Positions 40,318-50,451 of a stretch of 64,000 bases of DNA are shown here, in pieces. Location: the NCBI GenBank assembly GCA_022703585.1, contig JAKLDJ010000002.1:155413-219412 (forward strand), in the 5' to 3' direction. This DNA comes from Candidatus Omnitrophota bacterium. GTDB taxonomy: Bacteria; Omnitrophota; Gorgyraeia; Zapsychrales; JAKLDJ01. Numbering within the stretch: position 1 is the stretch's first letter; every line of letters starts with the position of its first letter. The position numbers and the translations under genes were made by a program. Under the pieces are notes generated by a model that ran no database searches, had not been told where the DNA came from, and saw only the letters and a list, made by a program, of their open reading frames with translations.

Positions 40318-40491
40318 CTACCAGCGGATATTGAGCCGATCTTGTTTCTCTGCCTCCTCCTGCTGGTGCTGTTTTTCATAGGCTTTCTTCTGTAACTCAT
40401 AATCGCGCTCGGTAAATCTCATGCAACCGGTATTGGCACAAGCCAGAACAGCAAGAAAAGAGATCCGGCAAATCATTTTCTTAAAAATCAT
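40318..40491 (-). CDS. Small putative lipoprotein (57 aa), not in the ORF track; starts 2 nt after the stop of the nuclease gene
   Basis: MIFKKMICRISFLAVLACANTGCMRF...: signal peptide plus lipobox-like VLAC; weak SD GAAAGG. Confidence 0.4.
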   Translation of the reverse strand: MIFKKMICRISFLAVLACANTGCMRFTERDYELQKKAYEKQHQQEEAEKQDRLNIRW

Positions 40492-40493
40492 CG

Positions 40494-41309
40494 CTAAAAC
40501 CTTTCAAAGAGCTCCCCCTGCGGCTTAGGACGAGCAGAATCTTTCTTGGGCGGCTCTCCAATCGTGCGGGCCGTCTTAAGATACGCGCAATATTCACAGT
40601 TTTCGGAATAATCCGGTATTGCCTCATTATCCAAGCACCGGCGTGCTTCCATAATCTTAGGCTCAATCCAATCGTCCTTGCCTTGGTGCGCCACAATTTC
40701 AATGTTAAAATTCAGCCTCCCCTCAAAGGCTGATTTATTTTTATCGGCATTGCAAAAAACAAAATAACCCGTATCCGAAACGGTAAAATTTTGCCTGCGC
40801 AAAAGCCACTGATAGATCTCTATCTGGCGTTTAAATCCCTGACGGTATTCACTCTCCAGCGTGATTTTCTCAGCCGTGCTGGTGGCCTTGTAATCGACGA
40901 CATAAAGTCTTTGCTGTTCATCGACCCAGATATCGTCAACGGCCCCAAACATGAGAAAGTTGCTGGGCAAATGATGATATTGAATGCCTTTAAAATTTTC
41001 CCGCCATTCGTCAATCAGGGGATGGGCAAAAGGAACGGCCTTAACACCGCCTGCTGTCATTAAAGGATGCGGCTCTTGCTTGCGACGGTAACTATCAAAT
41101 TCTTTCTTTAAAAGTTCATCGACTGCCGAATTAAGAGTAAACGGCGGCGTGCCCGGCGGCTCTAAGCCTAGCCGCCTGTCCAGATAAAAACAACGCGGGC
41201 ATTTGATAAAGTTTTCCAGGCGCGATCGGCTCAGTTTAAACGGCGCCTTTGATTGCGGGTCAAAGAGGTTGCGTGTCCGTTTATATGATTTACTGCCCGA
41301 AAATGCCAA
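40494..41309 (-). CDS. Cas4-like PD-(D/E)XK nuclease with Cys cluster (stand-alone, no CRISPR context)
   Basis: 271 aa; N-terminal CPRC, GAVDD...VVDYK (D/EXK), QIEIY (QhxxY), C-terminal C..CEYC. Confidence 0.65.
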   Translation of the reverse strand: MAFSGSKSYKRTRNLFDPQSKAPFKLSRSRLENFIKCPRCFYLDRRLGLEPPGTPPFTLNSAVDELLKKEFDSYRRKQEPHPLMTAGGVKAVPFAHPLIDEWRENFKGIQYHHLPSNFLMFGAVDDIWVDEQQRLYVVDYKATSTAEKITLESEYRQGFKRQIEIYQWLLRRQNFTVSDTGYFVFCNADKNKSAFEGRLNFNIEIVAHQGKDDWIEPKIMEARRCLDNEAIPDYSENCEYCAYLKTARTIGEPPKKDSARPKPQGELFERF

Positions 41310-41326
41310 TTCTTCTGCTCCGTTTA

Positions 41327-44300
41327 TTAAAGTTTTTTTGCCCGAAAGGCGAGAAAAAGTACACCGGCCAAGAAGATCATAAGGCCAAGAAGGCTGACCG
41401 CGCGGCTAAAGAAATAGAGCTCAGGCTTAAATTCAAACTTTACCTGATGAATTCCGGGATCAATCGCACAGGCCATAAAATTATAATTAGCGATATAAAT
41501 CGGAACTTGCTTGCCGTCGACATATGCCCTCCATCCCTTCGCGTAAGAATCGCCGAACAATAAGATAGCCGGTGCCCGCGCACTTACTTGCGCCTCCACC
41601 CTATCGCTGTCGGAGTTTTTAATTGAAACAAATTCCGATTTTGGCAATGACATCATCCATTGATCTGGCTGTATCCCGTTAGTCTTGGGCGCTTGATTCA
41701 ATAAAACTTTCTCTCGAAAGTTAAAAGACGGGTCTTTCAACAAGTCCAGCGTTTTCCTCTCATCCTCAATGACTTTATAAGAATAAAAAAGCGTCAGACG
41801 CGATAAGGCGCTCGGCCTTTCCATAGGCAAGCCGGCATCATTAAATAAATAGCGCACTGCCGATAAGTCGAGAAATCGTTCGCTATCAGGCACATCGCCC
41901 GGATAAATCAAAATCGTTTCCGGAGAGTAGCCAAAGTTGCTGATAAAGCGTGTAAACCGTTTAGGCATGTACCCAAAGGCGCCGGTGTAACCGGACACCT
42001 TAAAGACCATATTCTTGTTTTTGTTCAAGCCCGCCTTGTGTAATAAATCTGCCCGGTAATTCACTAAATCCATCTTGGATTTTAGATTCTGGTCTATATC
42101 GCCGTAAGGAAAACGTGCCCGATAAAAGACTTCCCTGGTCGGAGGCGGAGCAGAAATATAATCAAAGCGTGCGTTAAATACCATCAAATCAAAAGCCGTG
42201 ACCGCAATAAAAACATACACCAGGTAATTTCTGGGCAAGGCCCTGATTTTATGAAGCGCGACCGCAATGATTCCCAACGCCACGACAGAAAAGAAAATGA
42301 TCTGGTCAAAAAACATATTGATGAAATAGGCCCGGTCAAAATCCGGCACATCCAAGAATTTCCGTAATAACGGAGCGATGAGAGCCAAGCCAATCATAAT
42401 CGCCATGCCCATGAGAGCACCATGCAATACAACAGGATTGCAGGCTGCCGTTTTTATTTTTTGGGAACGCATATAAATAGATATTTGTGCCGCTGTAAAG
42501 ACAACAGCCAGCAACAGCATAAAAGGAACGGTCAAGAATTCCGTCGTGCCTTCTTTTTTTGCTATCGGCCCTGCCAATGACACCGCGCTGATAAAGAAAA
42601 TAGCAACCCATAAAAGAATTAAGAAAATCCCTCTGCCCCATAACAGCAAGATATCGTAAAGTTTTCGTCCGCACTGTTTGAGGATAGCTCGAACCACCAG
42701 CCAGAAAATAACAAAAATAAGAATCAGCCGGACATACGGCGTTAAAGACGGAAAAAGATAGACAACGATAACCGCAACAAGAGCTTGGATTGCTGCAAGA
42801 ACGGCAAAAAAACTGTTTCCCGTCTTATTAAGATTCAGCTTATTTTTCTCCAGATAAATTCCCGTATAGCCGGCCAGCATGACAATCCCGATAGGCAAGA
42901 TAACAATTTGATACATATGGTGATTGAACGGGAAAAATAAAATACTTAAGACCCCCCAGAACGGCTGGAATAAAAGCCCGATAGCCAGGGCAGTAAAAGT
43001 ATAAATTTTCCAAAACCGGTGACATCCTTTTGTTTTTATAAAAAGATTCAACAGCAAAAGCAAGGCCGGTAATATCCCGAAATAGACAAAGAATGTATTG
43101 TGGTCATTGGCCGCGATGGTGGCCTGCTTATAGACAAAATTCAGGTTGTCCGAGGCCAGCGCATTAAGCCCGTACTGGCCGGCGATGGAAGGGGAAAAAA
43201 GCCGTACCAGCATAAAGAAACGGTCATGGATACTAAAGAAATTCCCGGCGATACGGTTGCTGTCCGCGATCCCGAACGCACAAGGGATAATGCGCACCGC
43301 GGCAATCAGGAATCCGGTTAAAATACTTGCCCCCACCAAAGAAAAATTGCGCAGGCGGGATTTTATTTCTTTATTAACGCTTAAAATTCTGTAAACCGAA
43401 ATCACGAGAATAGAAACAAAGGCATAAAATATAAAAGCAACATTGGCCGACGTGAGGATAAAAGTGGCGGCCGCGGCCAGCAGAAGAAAATTCCAACTCA
43501 TGCGGCGGCCCGGCATCGACCATACCAGATATAAAAACAGTGTCATCGAAAAAAACAAGGAAATGGTCGGAAAGATCGTAAAACTAAAAATCAGAAAAGA
43601 ACACAGCTGATAAGTAATCGAACAAAAAAGTGCCCACGAGCGTGATCCTAATTCACGAACAAATAAGCCATAGGCACAAAGCCCCAAGAACAATACCTCC
43701 AGAAATACCCGAAACGTCATCGCCGGCAACACATGCTTATCGGAAAATAAAAAGACAACCCAATTCAGCGGATAATAAATCATGTTCCAGTGATTGGAGA
43801 AAAACGGCATGCCGTCGAGATTATACGGATTCCAGAGGCAAAGCGATTGCCCCATGATAATATTCCAGAAATTATGTTTGGAAAAAAGAAACAGCGGCAA
43901 GATCTCGCCAAAATTATCCGTGCTCGAGACCAAAATATTGCCGCGGGTCACAAAAGGATAAAAGATAAAAACCGTAAGCAAAAGATGGGCAAGCACGGCA
44001 GCATAGGCAGGAAGGGAATTTCTTTGTGTTGATACAACATCTGATTTTGGCCGGTTTCTGTTTAAAAAAAGATTGAAGACAAGGGCGAGATAAAAACAAA
44101 ATACCATAAGCGAGAAATAAAGAATAACAACCGCCGCCAAGACCGGATATAGCCGAGCAGAATCTTTGTATGCGGAATCAACCGCCCTTCCGCTGGCGAT
44201 ATGACCGCTGATGATAACATCCCCAAAATAGGTCTTGGGCTCCGAAGAGTCCCTCAAAAGAAGGCCGACATTTCCCCCTGCGGACAATAGCGGAACCTCA

Positions 44301-44800
44301 AAAACCGGTTTACCGTTTATAACAAGGGCTGCGGATTTATGATTAACCTTAATCAAATAGGAATCCGAAGCGTTATAACTTAGCGGCGCTCGCTCTAAAG
44401 GCTGGGCTGCCCCCTCCTTAATTTGAAGAAGGCCCAGGGATTGGCTTTCGCTATTAAGAAAAATAAGGCAATAATTCTTTTCGTTGCGGTAGTTAAAAAC
44501 AAAACCGCAGTTGCGGGGATTGACAAGCGCAAAAGAGATTTCAAAGTCCCTCCAGGCGTCTTTTGATAAAAGCAGAATTTCAAAATCGCCCTTGGAATCA
44601 ACCCGGAAAATACCTTTTTGCGATTTCTCCCAGGAAACCGTTTTGCCCAAGTCAAAAATTTCATAATCGATTCTTTTAACCTCCTGGGCATAAAACGAGT
44701 AGCTCGCAAACAAAGCAAAGATTAAAACTGCGCCGATGAGAAATAAAACCGGAGAGCTTTTTTTGACTTTAAGCAAATCTAATATGGAAACATTAAACAT
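41327..44800 (-). CDS. YfhO-family (GT-C-like) polytopic membrane protein with an extra N-terminal ~200 aa extracytoplasmic concanavalin/DUF1080-like domain
   Basis: 1157 aa; N-terminal TM, beta-rich domain, >12 TM helices, ~270 aa C-terminal soluble domain and a final TM, matching the YfhO topology. Confidence 0.65.
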   Translation of the reverse strand: MFNVSILDLLKVKKSSPVLFLIGAVLIFALFASYSFYAQEVKRIDYEIFDLGKTVSWEKSQKGIFRVDSKGDFEILLLSKDAWRDFEISFALVNPRNCGFVFNYRNEKNYCLIFLNSESQSLGLLQIKEGAAQPLERAPLSYNASDSYLIKVNHKSAALVINGKPVFEVPLLSAGGNVGLLLRDSSEPKTYFGDVIISGHIASGRAVDSAYKDSARLYPVLAAVVILYFSLMVFCFYLALVFNLFLNRNRPKSDVVSTQRNSLPAYAAVLAHLLLTVFIFYPFVTRGNILVSSTDNFGEILPLFLFSKHNFWNIIMGQSLCLWNPYNLDGMPFFSNHWNMIYYPLNWVVFLFSDKHVLPAMTFRVFLEVLFLGLCAYGLFVRELGSRSWALFCSITYQLCSFLIFSFTIFPTISLFFSMTLFLYLVWSMPGRRMSWNFLLLAAAATFILTSANVAFIFYAFVSILVISVYRILSVNKEIKSRLRNFSLVGASILTGFLIAAVRIIPCAFGIADSNRIAGNFFSIHDRFFMLVRLFSPSIAGQYGLNALASDNLNFVYKQATIAANDHNTFFVYFGILPALLLLLNLFIKTKGCHRFWKIYTFTALAIGLLFQPFWGVLSILFFPFNHHMYQIVILPIGIVMLAGYTGIYLEKNKLNLNKTGNSFFAVLAAIQALVAVIVVYLFPSLTPYVRLILIFVIFWLVVRAILKQCGRKLYDILLLWGRGIFLILLWVAIFFISAVSLAGPIAKKEGTTEFLTVPFMLLLAVVFTAAQISIYMRSQKIKTAACNPVVLHGALMGMAIMIGLALIAPLLRKFLDVPDFDRAYFINMFFDQIIFFSVVALGIIAVALHKIRALPRNYLVYVFIAVTAFDLMVFNARFDYISAPPPTREVFYRARFPYGDIDQNLKSKMDLVNYRADLLHKAGLNKNKNMVFKVSGYTGAFGYMPKRFTRFISNFGYSPETILIYPGDVPDSERFLDLSAVRYLFNDAGLPMERPSALSRLTLFYSYKVIEDERKTLDLLKDPSFNFREKVLLNQAPKTNGIQPDQWMMSLPKSEFVSIKNSDSDRVEAQVSARAPAILLFGDSYAKGWRAYVDGKQVPIYIANYNFMACAIDPGIHQVKFEFKPELYFFSRAVSLLGLMIFLAGVLFLAFRAKKL

Positions 44801-44848
44801 CGTTTAATTACCGGTAGCGATACAATACCACCCGCACTTTTAGGATGA

Positions 44849-45478
44849 TTACGAAATAACCTCTAAGACAAAAACGACATGAGAATAAAATCCCGGAAAA
44901 GTAACAAAGTGATCCGCGCCCAATAGCCGGACATTACCCAAAGAAATTAAAATCTCCCGCATTTCTTTTTGATAACGGTAATGCCCGCCGCGGTCGAGAT
45001 TATACAAAAAAGCACTGAACCTCCCTTGCCCCTCAGTCTTAACCGCGTCATCGATAATCAGGTAGCGCTTGGTCACGCGTTTCATTTCTAAAAGCGTTTC
45101 GCGAAAATCCTTATCATTAAGATGATGCGACGTATTCGCCAACAACGAGGAGTCGAAACAACGGTCTTTAAAAGGCAAATTAAAGGCATTGCCGCATATA
45201 AAATACCTTTGCCGGTAACATCGGGACGCATAGAGCACACGGCTAAAGCTGTTATCCAAACCTAAGTAACGGATCTCTCTTTTTATTACTGAATTTTCCC
45301 CCAGGCCGCAACCGACATCAAGGAGATCGGCAAGGTCATATTTCTTTAACACCCTGGCTAAAGCATCCACCTTTCCCCCATCCAGGCATGCCCGGTGAAT
45401 CCTCGAAACAACGGGGATTTCCAAAAGTCCTCCCCAGCGCATTTTGTAGTCTGAAGTTGCCGATTTTTCTTGAGGCAT
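44849..45478 (-). CDS. Class I SAM-dependent methyltransferase (Methyltransf_11-like)
   Basis: 209 aa; LLDVGCGLGEN motif I. Confidence 0.75.
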   Translation of the reverse strand: MPQEKSATSDYKMRWGGLLEIPVVSRIHRACLDGGKVDALARVLKKYDLADLLDVGCGLGENSVIKREIRYLGLDNSFSRVLYASRCYRQRYFICGNAFNLPFKDRCFDSSLLANTSHHLNDKDFRETLLEMKRVTKRYLIIDDAVKTEGQGRFSAFLYNLDRGGHYRYQKEMREILISLGNVRLLGADHFVTFPGFYSHVVFVLEVIS

Positions 45479-45479
45479 A

Positions 45480-46424
45480 TTATTCCAGATATTCGCTTAC
45501 CGTATACAGAGGCCGGCGTTTGACATCATCCCCTATACGGGCGACATACTCGCCGATCAGGCCGACGGACAAAAGCTGGATACCCCCTAGGAAAAGCACC
45601 ACCACCATAAGCGAAGACCAGCCGGTAATCGTCCTATCCGTAAAAAGCTTCTCGTAAAAGATCACTAAGATACCCAGAAATGCAACGACCGAAAAAAACG
45701 CCCCCATCATCGAAATAACCCTTAGCGGTGTAAACGAAAAAGAAGTTGCCGCATCAAAGGAAAATTTCACCATTTTCCACAAAGTATATTTTGTCTGCCC
45801 GGAAAAACGAGGCTCGCGCACATACTCGACACCGGTGCGTTTAAATCCGAGCCAAGCAACCATCCCCCGCAAAAAACGGTGGCGCTCATCCATCGCGTTT
45901 AAGGCGGTGACCACTTTTCTATCCAGGAGATAAAAATCACCGACATTTTCAGGGATACCGATGTTGGTCACCGTCCGGATCAATTTATAAAATATTTTAG
46001 CCGTAAATTTCTTAAAGAAAGTTTCCCCTTGGCGCTCTTTACGCACGCCATAAACAATATCATAACCGCTTTCCCACTTGCGGATAAACTCGGGGATAAC
46101 TTCCGGCGGATCCTGAAGGTCGCCGTCCATAACGATGACGCCTTTACCCTGCGCTACCCTTAATCCTGCGGTAATCGCCAGCTGATGGCCAAAATTACGG
46201 GACAGCCTTAAGACCTTAACGCTGGTCATATTTTGCTCATGAAGTTCCTTGAGCACCTCAAACGAACCATCGCTGCTGGCATCGTCGATAAAAATAATTT
46301 CGTAAGGGCCGGCATTGACTTTTAACGCTTGCGTCAGACGTTTGTATAATTCCGGGATACCGGATTTTTCATTGTAGATAGGGACAACAATGGAAACATC
46401 GTAATTTTCTTTTGGCATATTCAT
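45480..46424 (-). CDS. GT2 polyprenyl-phosphate glycosyltransferase (GtrB/ArnC/CsbB-like) with C-terminal TM pair
   Basis: 314 aa; VSIVVPIYNE, IFIDDASSDGS, DGDLQDPPE (DXD) motifs; two C-terminal TM helices. Confidence 0.8.
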   Translation of the reverse strand: MNMPKENYDVSIVVPIYNEKSGIPELYKRLTQALKVNAGPYEIIFIDDASSDGSFEVLKELHEQNMTSVKVLRLSRNFGHQLAITAGLRVAQGKGVIVMDGDLQDPPEVIPEFIRKWESGYDIVYGVRKERQGETFFKKFTAKIFYKLIRTVTNIGIPENVGDFYLLDRKVVTALNAMDERHRFLRGMVAWLGFKRTGVEYVREPRFSGQTKYTLWKMVKFSFDAATSFSFTPLRVISMMGAFFSVVAFLGILVIFYEKLFTDRTITGWSSLMVVVLFLGGIQLLSVGLIGEYVARIGDDVKRRPLYTVSEYLE

Positions 46425-46455
46425 CCTCTCTTGTCAGCAGCGCTTTTTAAGAAAT

Positions 46456-48270
46456 CTATTTTGTATATGATTTTCTAAGCATGCCCTGATCCTGCAGATA
46501 GGCCCTAATTCTAAGCATCTTCTCGACGGCAAAACCGCCCATGAATAACGTTATTTTCTTATTGCCGGAAATGATTTCTTTTAAGATCCGGTCTTGGGGG
46601 TCAACCGGATAGACAAAAGGACGCGGCACTTCCGTGACCACGCCGACCCAAACCGTTTTTGCAATATCCAGATATCTTAGCCCTTGAAAATTCTTTATAT
46701 TCCCGTAGGTACAACGCATCGAATATATCATAACATCCAACGCCTTATGGACATAGCCTAATTCAGGCAAGGCCAGAAGCTGGGCAACGGTAAACGGGGC
46801 CGCAATCAGATAATTGGAGTAATTATTCTCGATTTCTTTCGCCATTCGGATGTGGACATTAAGATCATTGCGGTATTCCAGGCTTCTTTCCAGAAGAACA
46901 TGATCATTGGTCTTTAACGGCGTATAAAATGCACCGTAAGAAATCACGAGCATAAAAACAATCACTGCCACCAAAACCCTTTTAATAATCGTTTTACTTC
47001 TTATAAACTCGTTCAAAACAAATAAAACGCAGAATATTAAAAAAGGTACCAGCAATAAACGGTATCGCGGTGATACGGCGTAAAAGTTGACAAACAGCAC
47101 AAACCACATCCCTGCGCACACGAACATCACGAAGGTAACATAGCGTTTATCCAGGAAATCCCGAAAGGCCTCTACCCAGCCTTTCTTAGCCTGAAACTTG
47201 CCCTTGGCGTACAGGCCAACCAATATTAAAAGGCTTATCGAATAAAGAATAAGAATAATCGACCACCGCAAAGAAGGCCAACCGGCGAGAAAATTAATCA
47301 ACCCTTCAACCACATGCTGATCTTTGGCGACAAACTTCACGAAGACTTTGATAAACGCAAAACCAAGCGCCAATGAACTCCCTAAAAGAATTCTCCAATT
47401 AAACTTAAGCTCTTTATCAAAAAGAAAAAGAGTCATACCGACCACAAAGACCGTCCCGCAGGCAATGCCTCCCGTCTCTTTAACCAGCATGGCCACCAGC
47501 CCCATCGCTGCAGCCCGCATCACTTTTTTATCGGCTAAAAAAGAGATCGAAATTATCACGCAGAGAAGGGTCGGCATTTCCATGTTGATCGCTTCCAGCT
47601 GGCTTAGAAACAGCGGAACCGAAGCCGCCAGAATCGATGCCGTCAGGGAAATCTCTTCGTCAAAAACTTTTAAGAATATCTTCCGGCTAAGGGCAACAAC
47701 CGCCGCTCCCATCATAAAAACGGCCAGATGGTTGACAAAGAGAAACAATTTGACCGACGGAATAATTTTTATCAAAAGAGCCAGAAATCCCGGATACATC
47801 GAAAACAAATAGACCTTGGGCCCGCCAAAGGCATAGCCGGGTTCATGGTAAAGCCCGACGTAATCGAACGAATGACGCGCCAGCCATATCGCCTCGGCGA
47901 AAGGCCCGCCGATGGCATCGCCATACGGAGGAAAAAATAAGACCTCAAACCGTGTTATTAAAAAATATATAAAAACGACCAGGCCAAAAACCTTGGCGCT
48001 TGATTTCCTTAAATAGACAAAAGCAAAACTTAAAAAAAGCAGACCGGAAATAATCTCGCCTAAGGGCCCCCAGAAAGCTTCCTGAGCGGCTCCGATATAA
48101 AAATCAAGAGATTGCGTTTCTTTTGAGTGCGCAATAATATTAAGGAGGTTAAATTGATTCTGCTGATAAAGTATTTTGGTTAAGGCAGAGCTTTGCAGCT
48201 TAATCAAGAAGAAGCAGAGTGAAAAAACGGAAAGAAAAATCCAGAATAATTTTTTTTGTTTTGGGGACAT
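46456..48270 (-). CDS. Polytopic membrane protein, putative GT-C-type glycosyltransferase (ArnT/PMT-like topology) with C-terminal soluble domain
   Basis: 604 aa; ~11 predicted TM helices then a ~170 aa soluble tail; no canonical DE motif seen. Confidence 0.5.
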   Translation of the reverse strand: MSPKQKKLFWIFLSVFSLCFFLIKLQSSALTKILYQQNQFNLLNIIAHSKETQSLDFYIGAAQEAFWGPLGEIISGLLFLSFAFVYLRKSSAKVFGLVVFIYFLITRFEVLFFPPYGDAIGGPFAEAIWLARHSFDYVGLYHEPGYAFGGPKVYLFSMYPGFLALLIKIIPSVKLFLFVNHLAVFMMGAAVVALSRKIFLKVFDEEISLTASILAASVPLFLSQLEAINMEMPTLLCVIISISFLADKKVMRAAAMGLVAMLVKETGGIACGTVFVVGMTLFLFDKELKFNWRILLGSSLALGFAFIKVFVKFVAKDQHVVEGLINFLAGWPSLRWSIILILYSISLLILVGLYAKGKFQAKKGWVEAFRDFLDKRYVTFVMFVCAGMWFVLFVNFYAVSPRYRLLLVPFLIFCVLFVLNEFIRSKTIIKRVLVAVIVFMLVISYGAFYTPLKTNDHVLLERSLEYRNDLNVHIRMAKEIENNYSNYLIAAPFTVAQLLALPELGYVHKALDVMIYSMRCTYGNIKNFQGLRYLDIAKTVWVGVVTEVPRPFVYPVDPQDRILKEIISGNKKITLFMGGFAVEKMLRIRAYLQDQGMLRKSYTK

Positions 48271-48490
48271 TCTTTGGAGGATATTTTTCCCAACTCATTT
48301 ATTAGTAAATACTTGTGCCGATTATTATACTAAAGGGAGCACTATTAGGCAAATTTAAAAAAGGAAGAACGTATCCCTCCCTTGTTCGGATGGGGCACCG
48401 GCAATACTAAGATTTGATTTTAAGCAGGGGAATTTGCCCCGGAAAGCGAGCGTCTTTGCTATTACCAAAAGAAGGAATTAGCTTATTTAT

Positions 48491-50386
48491 CTAATCGTCG
48501 GATTTCTTTAAAAACTTGTCCAACAGGTCTTCAATAATCTGCCGTTCGGGCGGTTTTTGATTTTGCCCGTCAGGCGTCGTTGTCTGGCCTTCGGTGCCGG
48601 AAGGAGCGGACTGGTTATCCTCGGAACTCTTAAACACCTTATCCAAGACTTTATCCAGCTCCTGCCTTCCTTTATTCACCATGATTCTCTTGCCCAGATA
48701 TTCCAGGTCGGGATAAAATGCCAAATTAGGGATCTTGCCGCTAACACGCACCGGGATAGAGACCCGGCCGTTTTCATCCAAAAGATATTCCAGGCCCTGC
48801 GCCGAAGCCGCCATGCTTTTCGACAAATCAGCCGGCACGGCAATCAGCGTCTCCATCCCTAACTCTTGATTAAATTTAATTTGTCCGTTTCCCGAAAGTT
48901 CGAAAGCATCGGCTAAAACTTCGGCACTATCAACAGCAAGGGCATGACCAGCAATCGTCGTATTTAACCGGATCTTGTTAAAGGCAGTATCCTTTTCGTT
49001 GAGTTTAGCCTTATATTTCTCAGGAAGGTTAGCCTCGATTTCCTCGCTTAAATGCGGCAGCATCGAGATCTTGCTTAACACCAGTTTAAGGACATTGATC
49101 CCGACGAGCTTGCCTTCTTTAACCTCAAGCGTCCCGTTTCCTTTCAGGGAATCTAAAATAGCCGGGCCGGCGCTTAAACCGCTCCCCGCGGTATCAAACT
49201 TCCCGAAAAGTTTACCTTCAAACTGAACCGACGGGTCTTTCTGGGCAATGATTTCTTTTAAATCAAGGTCATCGGCCTGAATGTTAAATTTAAAATCCTG
49301 GGCCTTCATATAATCATCAATCCGGCCCTGAATCACGATGCTGCCCTTGCCTAAATCCAGGGAAGAATCTGTTACCTCGAGGGCTTTTTCGGTCATGCGG
49401 ATATTCACCGCAATATTTTCAAGCGGCAATTCGATATATTTGGTCTTCATCTTCCCGGCAGCGAGTTTTCCTTCCAGGGCGAGCGCCATCAACCCCTTCG
49501 CGCCAACAACCATTTCCTTAATATTCGCCTGGATTTGTCCTTCAAGGTTTTTTTGTAATCCCGCCGTTTGAAGCATCGGCAAAGAGCGCAGTAATTGTTC
49601 AAGCGATATATCCGACAAGTCGGAAATAACTTTAGTATCCGTTAACCGTAAGGCGTTATTAGTTATATCGGCCTGTCCACGGCCCTGGGCAGTAATATTC
49701 TTGCGTGCGCTTAACCATGAACCATCAATAAAGAACTCAAACGGTTTATCCAAAGAAAAATCATCAACCCTTAACCCCAGCTGATTTATTTCAAGAGAAA
49801 TCGCCGGATCAAAAGAGTCGTCCTTGTAAACAACAATCCCGCTATTGAGACGAATCGATTTTATCAAAAGAGCGGGCAGTGGGCCCTTCTCCGCCGTAGA
49901 GCCGTCGGCAGCGAAGGCTTCACGGACAAATAGACCGCCTGCTCCGGCAGCAGAATCATTGCGGCTTACCTTGTCTTTGGTAATTTCAAATGTTTGGACA
50001 TTGAACTTTCCGTCCTTATCCCGAATAAGAATGACCTTGGGCGATTGAATTTGCAGGCTGGAGACAATAATCTGGCGGGTGGTCACATAGGAATAAAAAT
50101 TAATGCCGAGATTGATATTTTCGACAGTCAGAAAATTCTCTTTGGAAAATTCCGGATTATCGGCGATGCTAAGGCCCTTAATATTCAAGATAACCCCCTG
50201 GCCCGGTAAGAATTCAAGGCCGAGCGATTGTATGTCGGCGCTGCGGCCTATGGCCTTGGTTATTTGCTGCAAGATTTTAGGTTTGTATTTATTAACGTCA
50301 AAAGTTTTTAAAAAAATAAAAACGGCAACTCCGAAAATAACAATGACCGCCAAGAAAATAATAAAAATAGTTTTTAGGGCTTTCAT
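48491..50386 (-). CDS. AsmA-family outer-membrane biogenesis protein
   Basis: 631 aa; N-terminal TM anchor and AsmA-like beta-rich periplasmic domain. Confidence 0.7.
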   Translation of the reverse strand: MKALKTIFIIFLAVIVIFGVAVFIFLKTFDVNKYKPKILQQITKAIGRSADIQSLGLEFLPGQGVILNIKGLSIADNPEFSKENFLTVENINLGINFYSYVTTRQIIVSSLQIQSPKVILIRDKDGKFNVQTFEITKDKVSRNDSAAGAGGLFVREAFAADGSTAEKGPLPALLIKSIRLNSGIVVYKDDSFDPAISLEINQLGLRVDDFSLDKPFEFFIDGSWLSARKNITAQGRGQADITNNALRLTDTKVISDLSDISLEQLLRSLPMLQTAGLQKNLEGQIQANIKEMVVGAKGLMALALEGKLAAGKMKTKYIELPLENIAVNIRMTEKALEVTDSSLDLGKGSIVIQGRIDDYMKAQDFKFNIQADDLDLKEIIAQKDPSVQFEGKLFGKFDTAGSGLSAGPAILDSLKGNGTLEVKEGKLVGINVLKLVLSKISMLPHLSEEIEANLPEKYKAKLNEKDTAFNKIRLNTTIAGHALAVDSAEVLADAFELSGNGQIKFNQELGMETLIAVPADLSKSMAASAQGLEYLLDENGRVSIPVRVSGKIPNLAFYPDLEYLGKRIMVNKGRQELDKVLDKVFKSSEDNQSAPSGTEGQTTTPDGQNQKPPERQIIEDLLDKFLKKSDD

Positions 50387-50451
50387 TTTAATCCCTCCCT
50401 GAAGATTTACTCAAAAAATATTTTGCTTGCCGCGCCGTCTTGGAGAATAAA

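Noticed and set aside
40137-40400. 87 aa minus-strand and 66 aa plus-strand ORFs in the PilZ-upstream spacer
   Set aside because: The region is dominated by short hairpins (gggagc/gctccc, cccaaa/tttggg) consistent with a terminator/UTR. Translations are Arg/Lys-rich with no motif and overlap each other.
48271-48490. ggggaatttgcccc near-palindrome resembling the H1 stem of the repeat element
   Set aside because: Only a 9-nt similarity (gaatttgcc) without the other modules of the element; likely coincidence.
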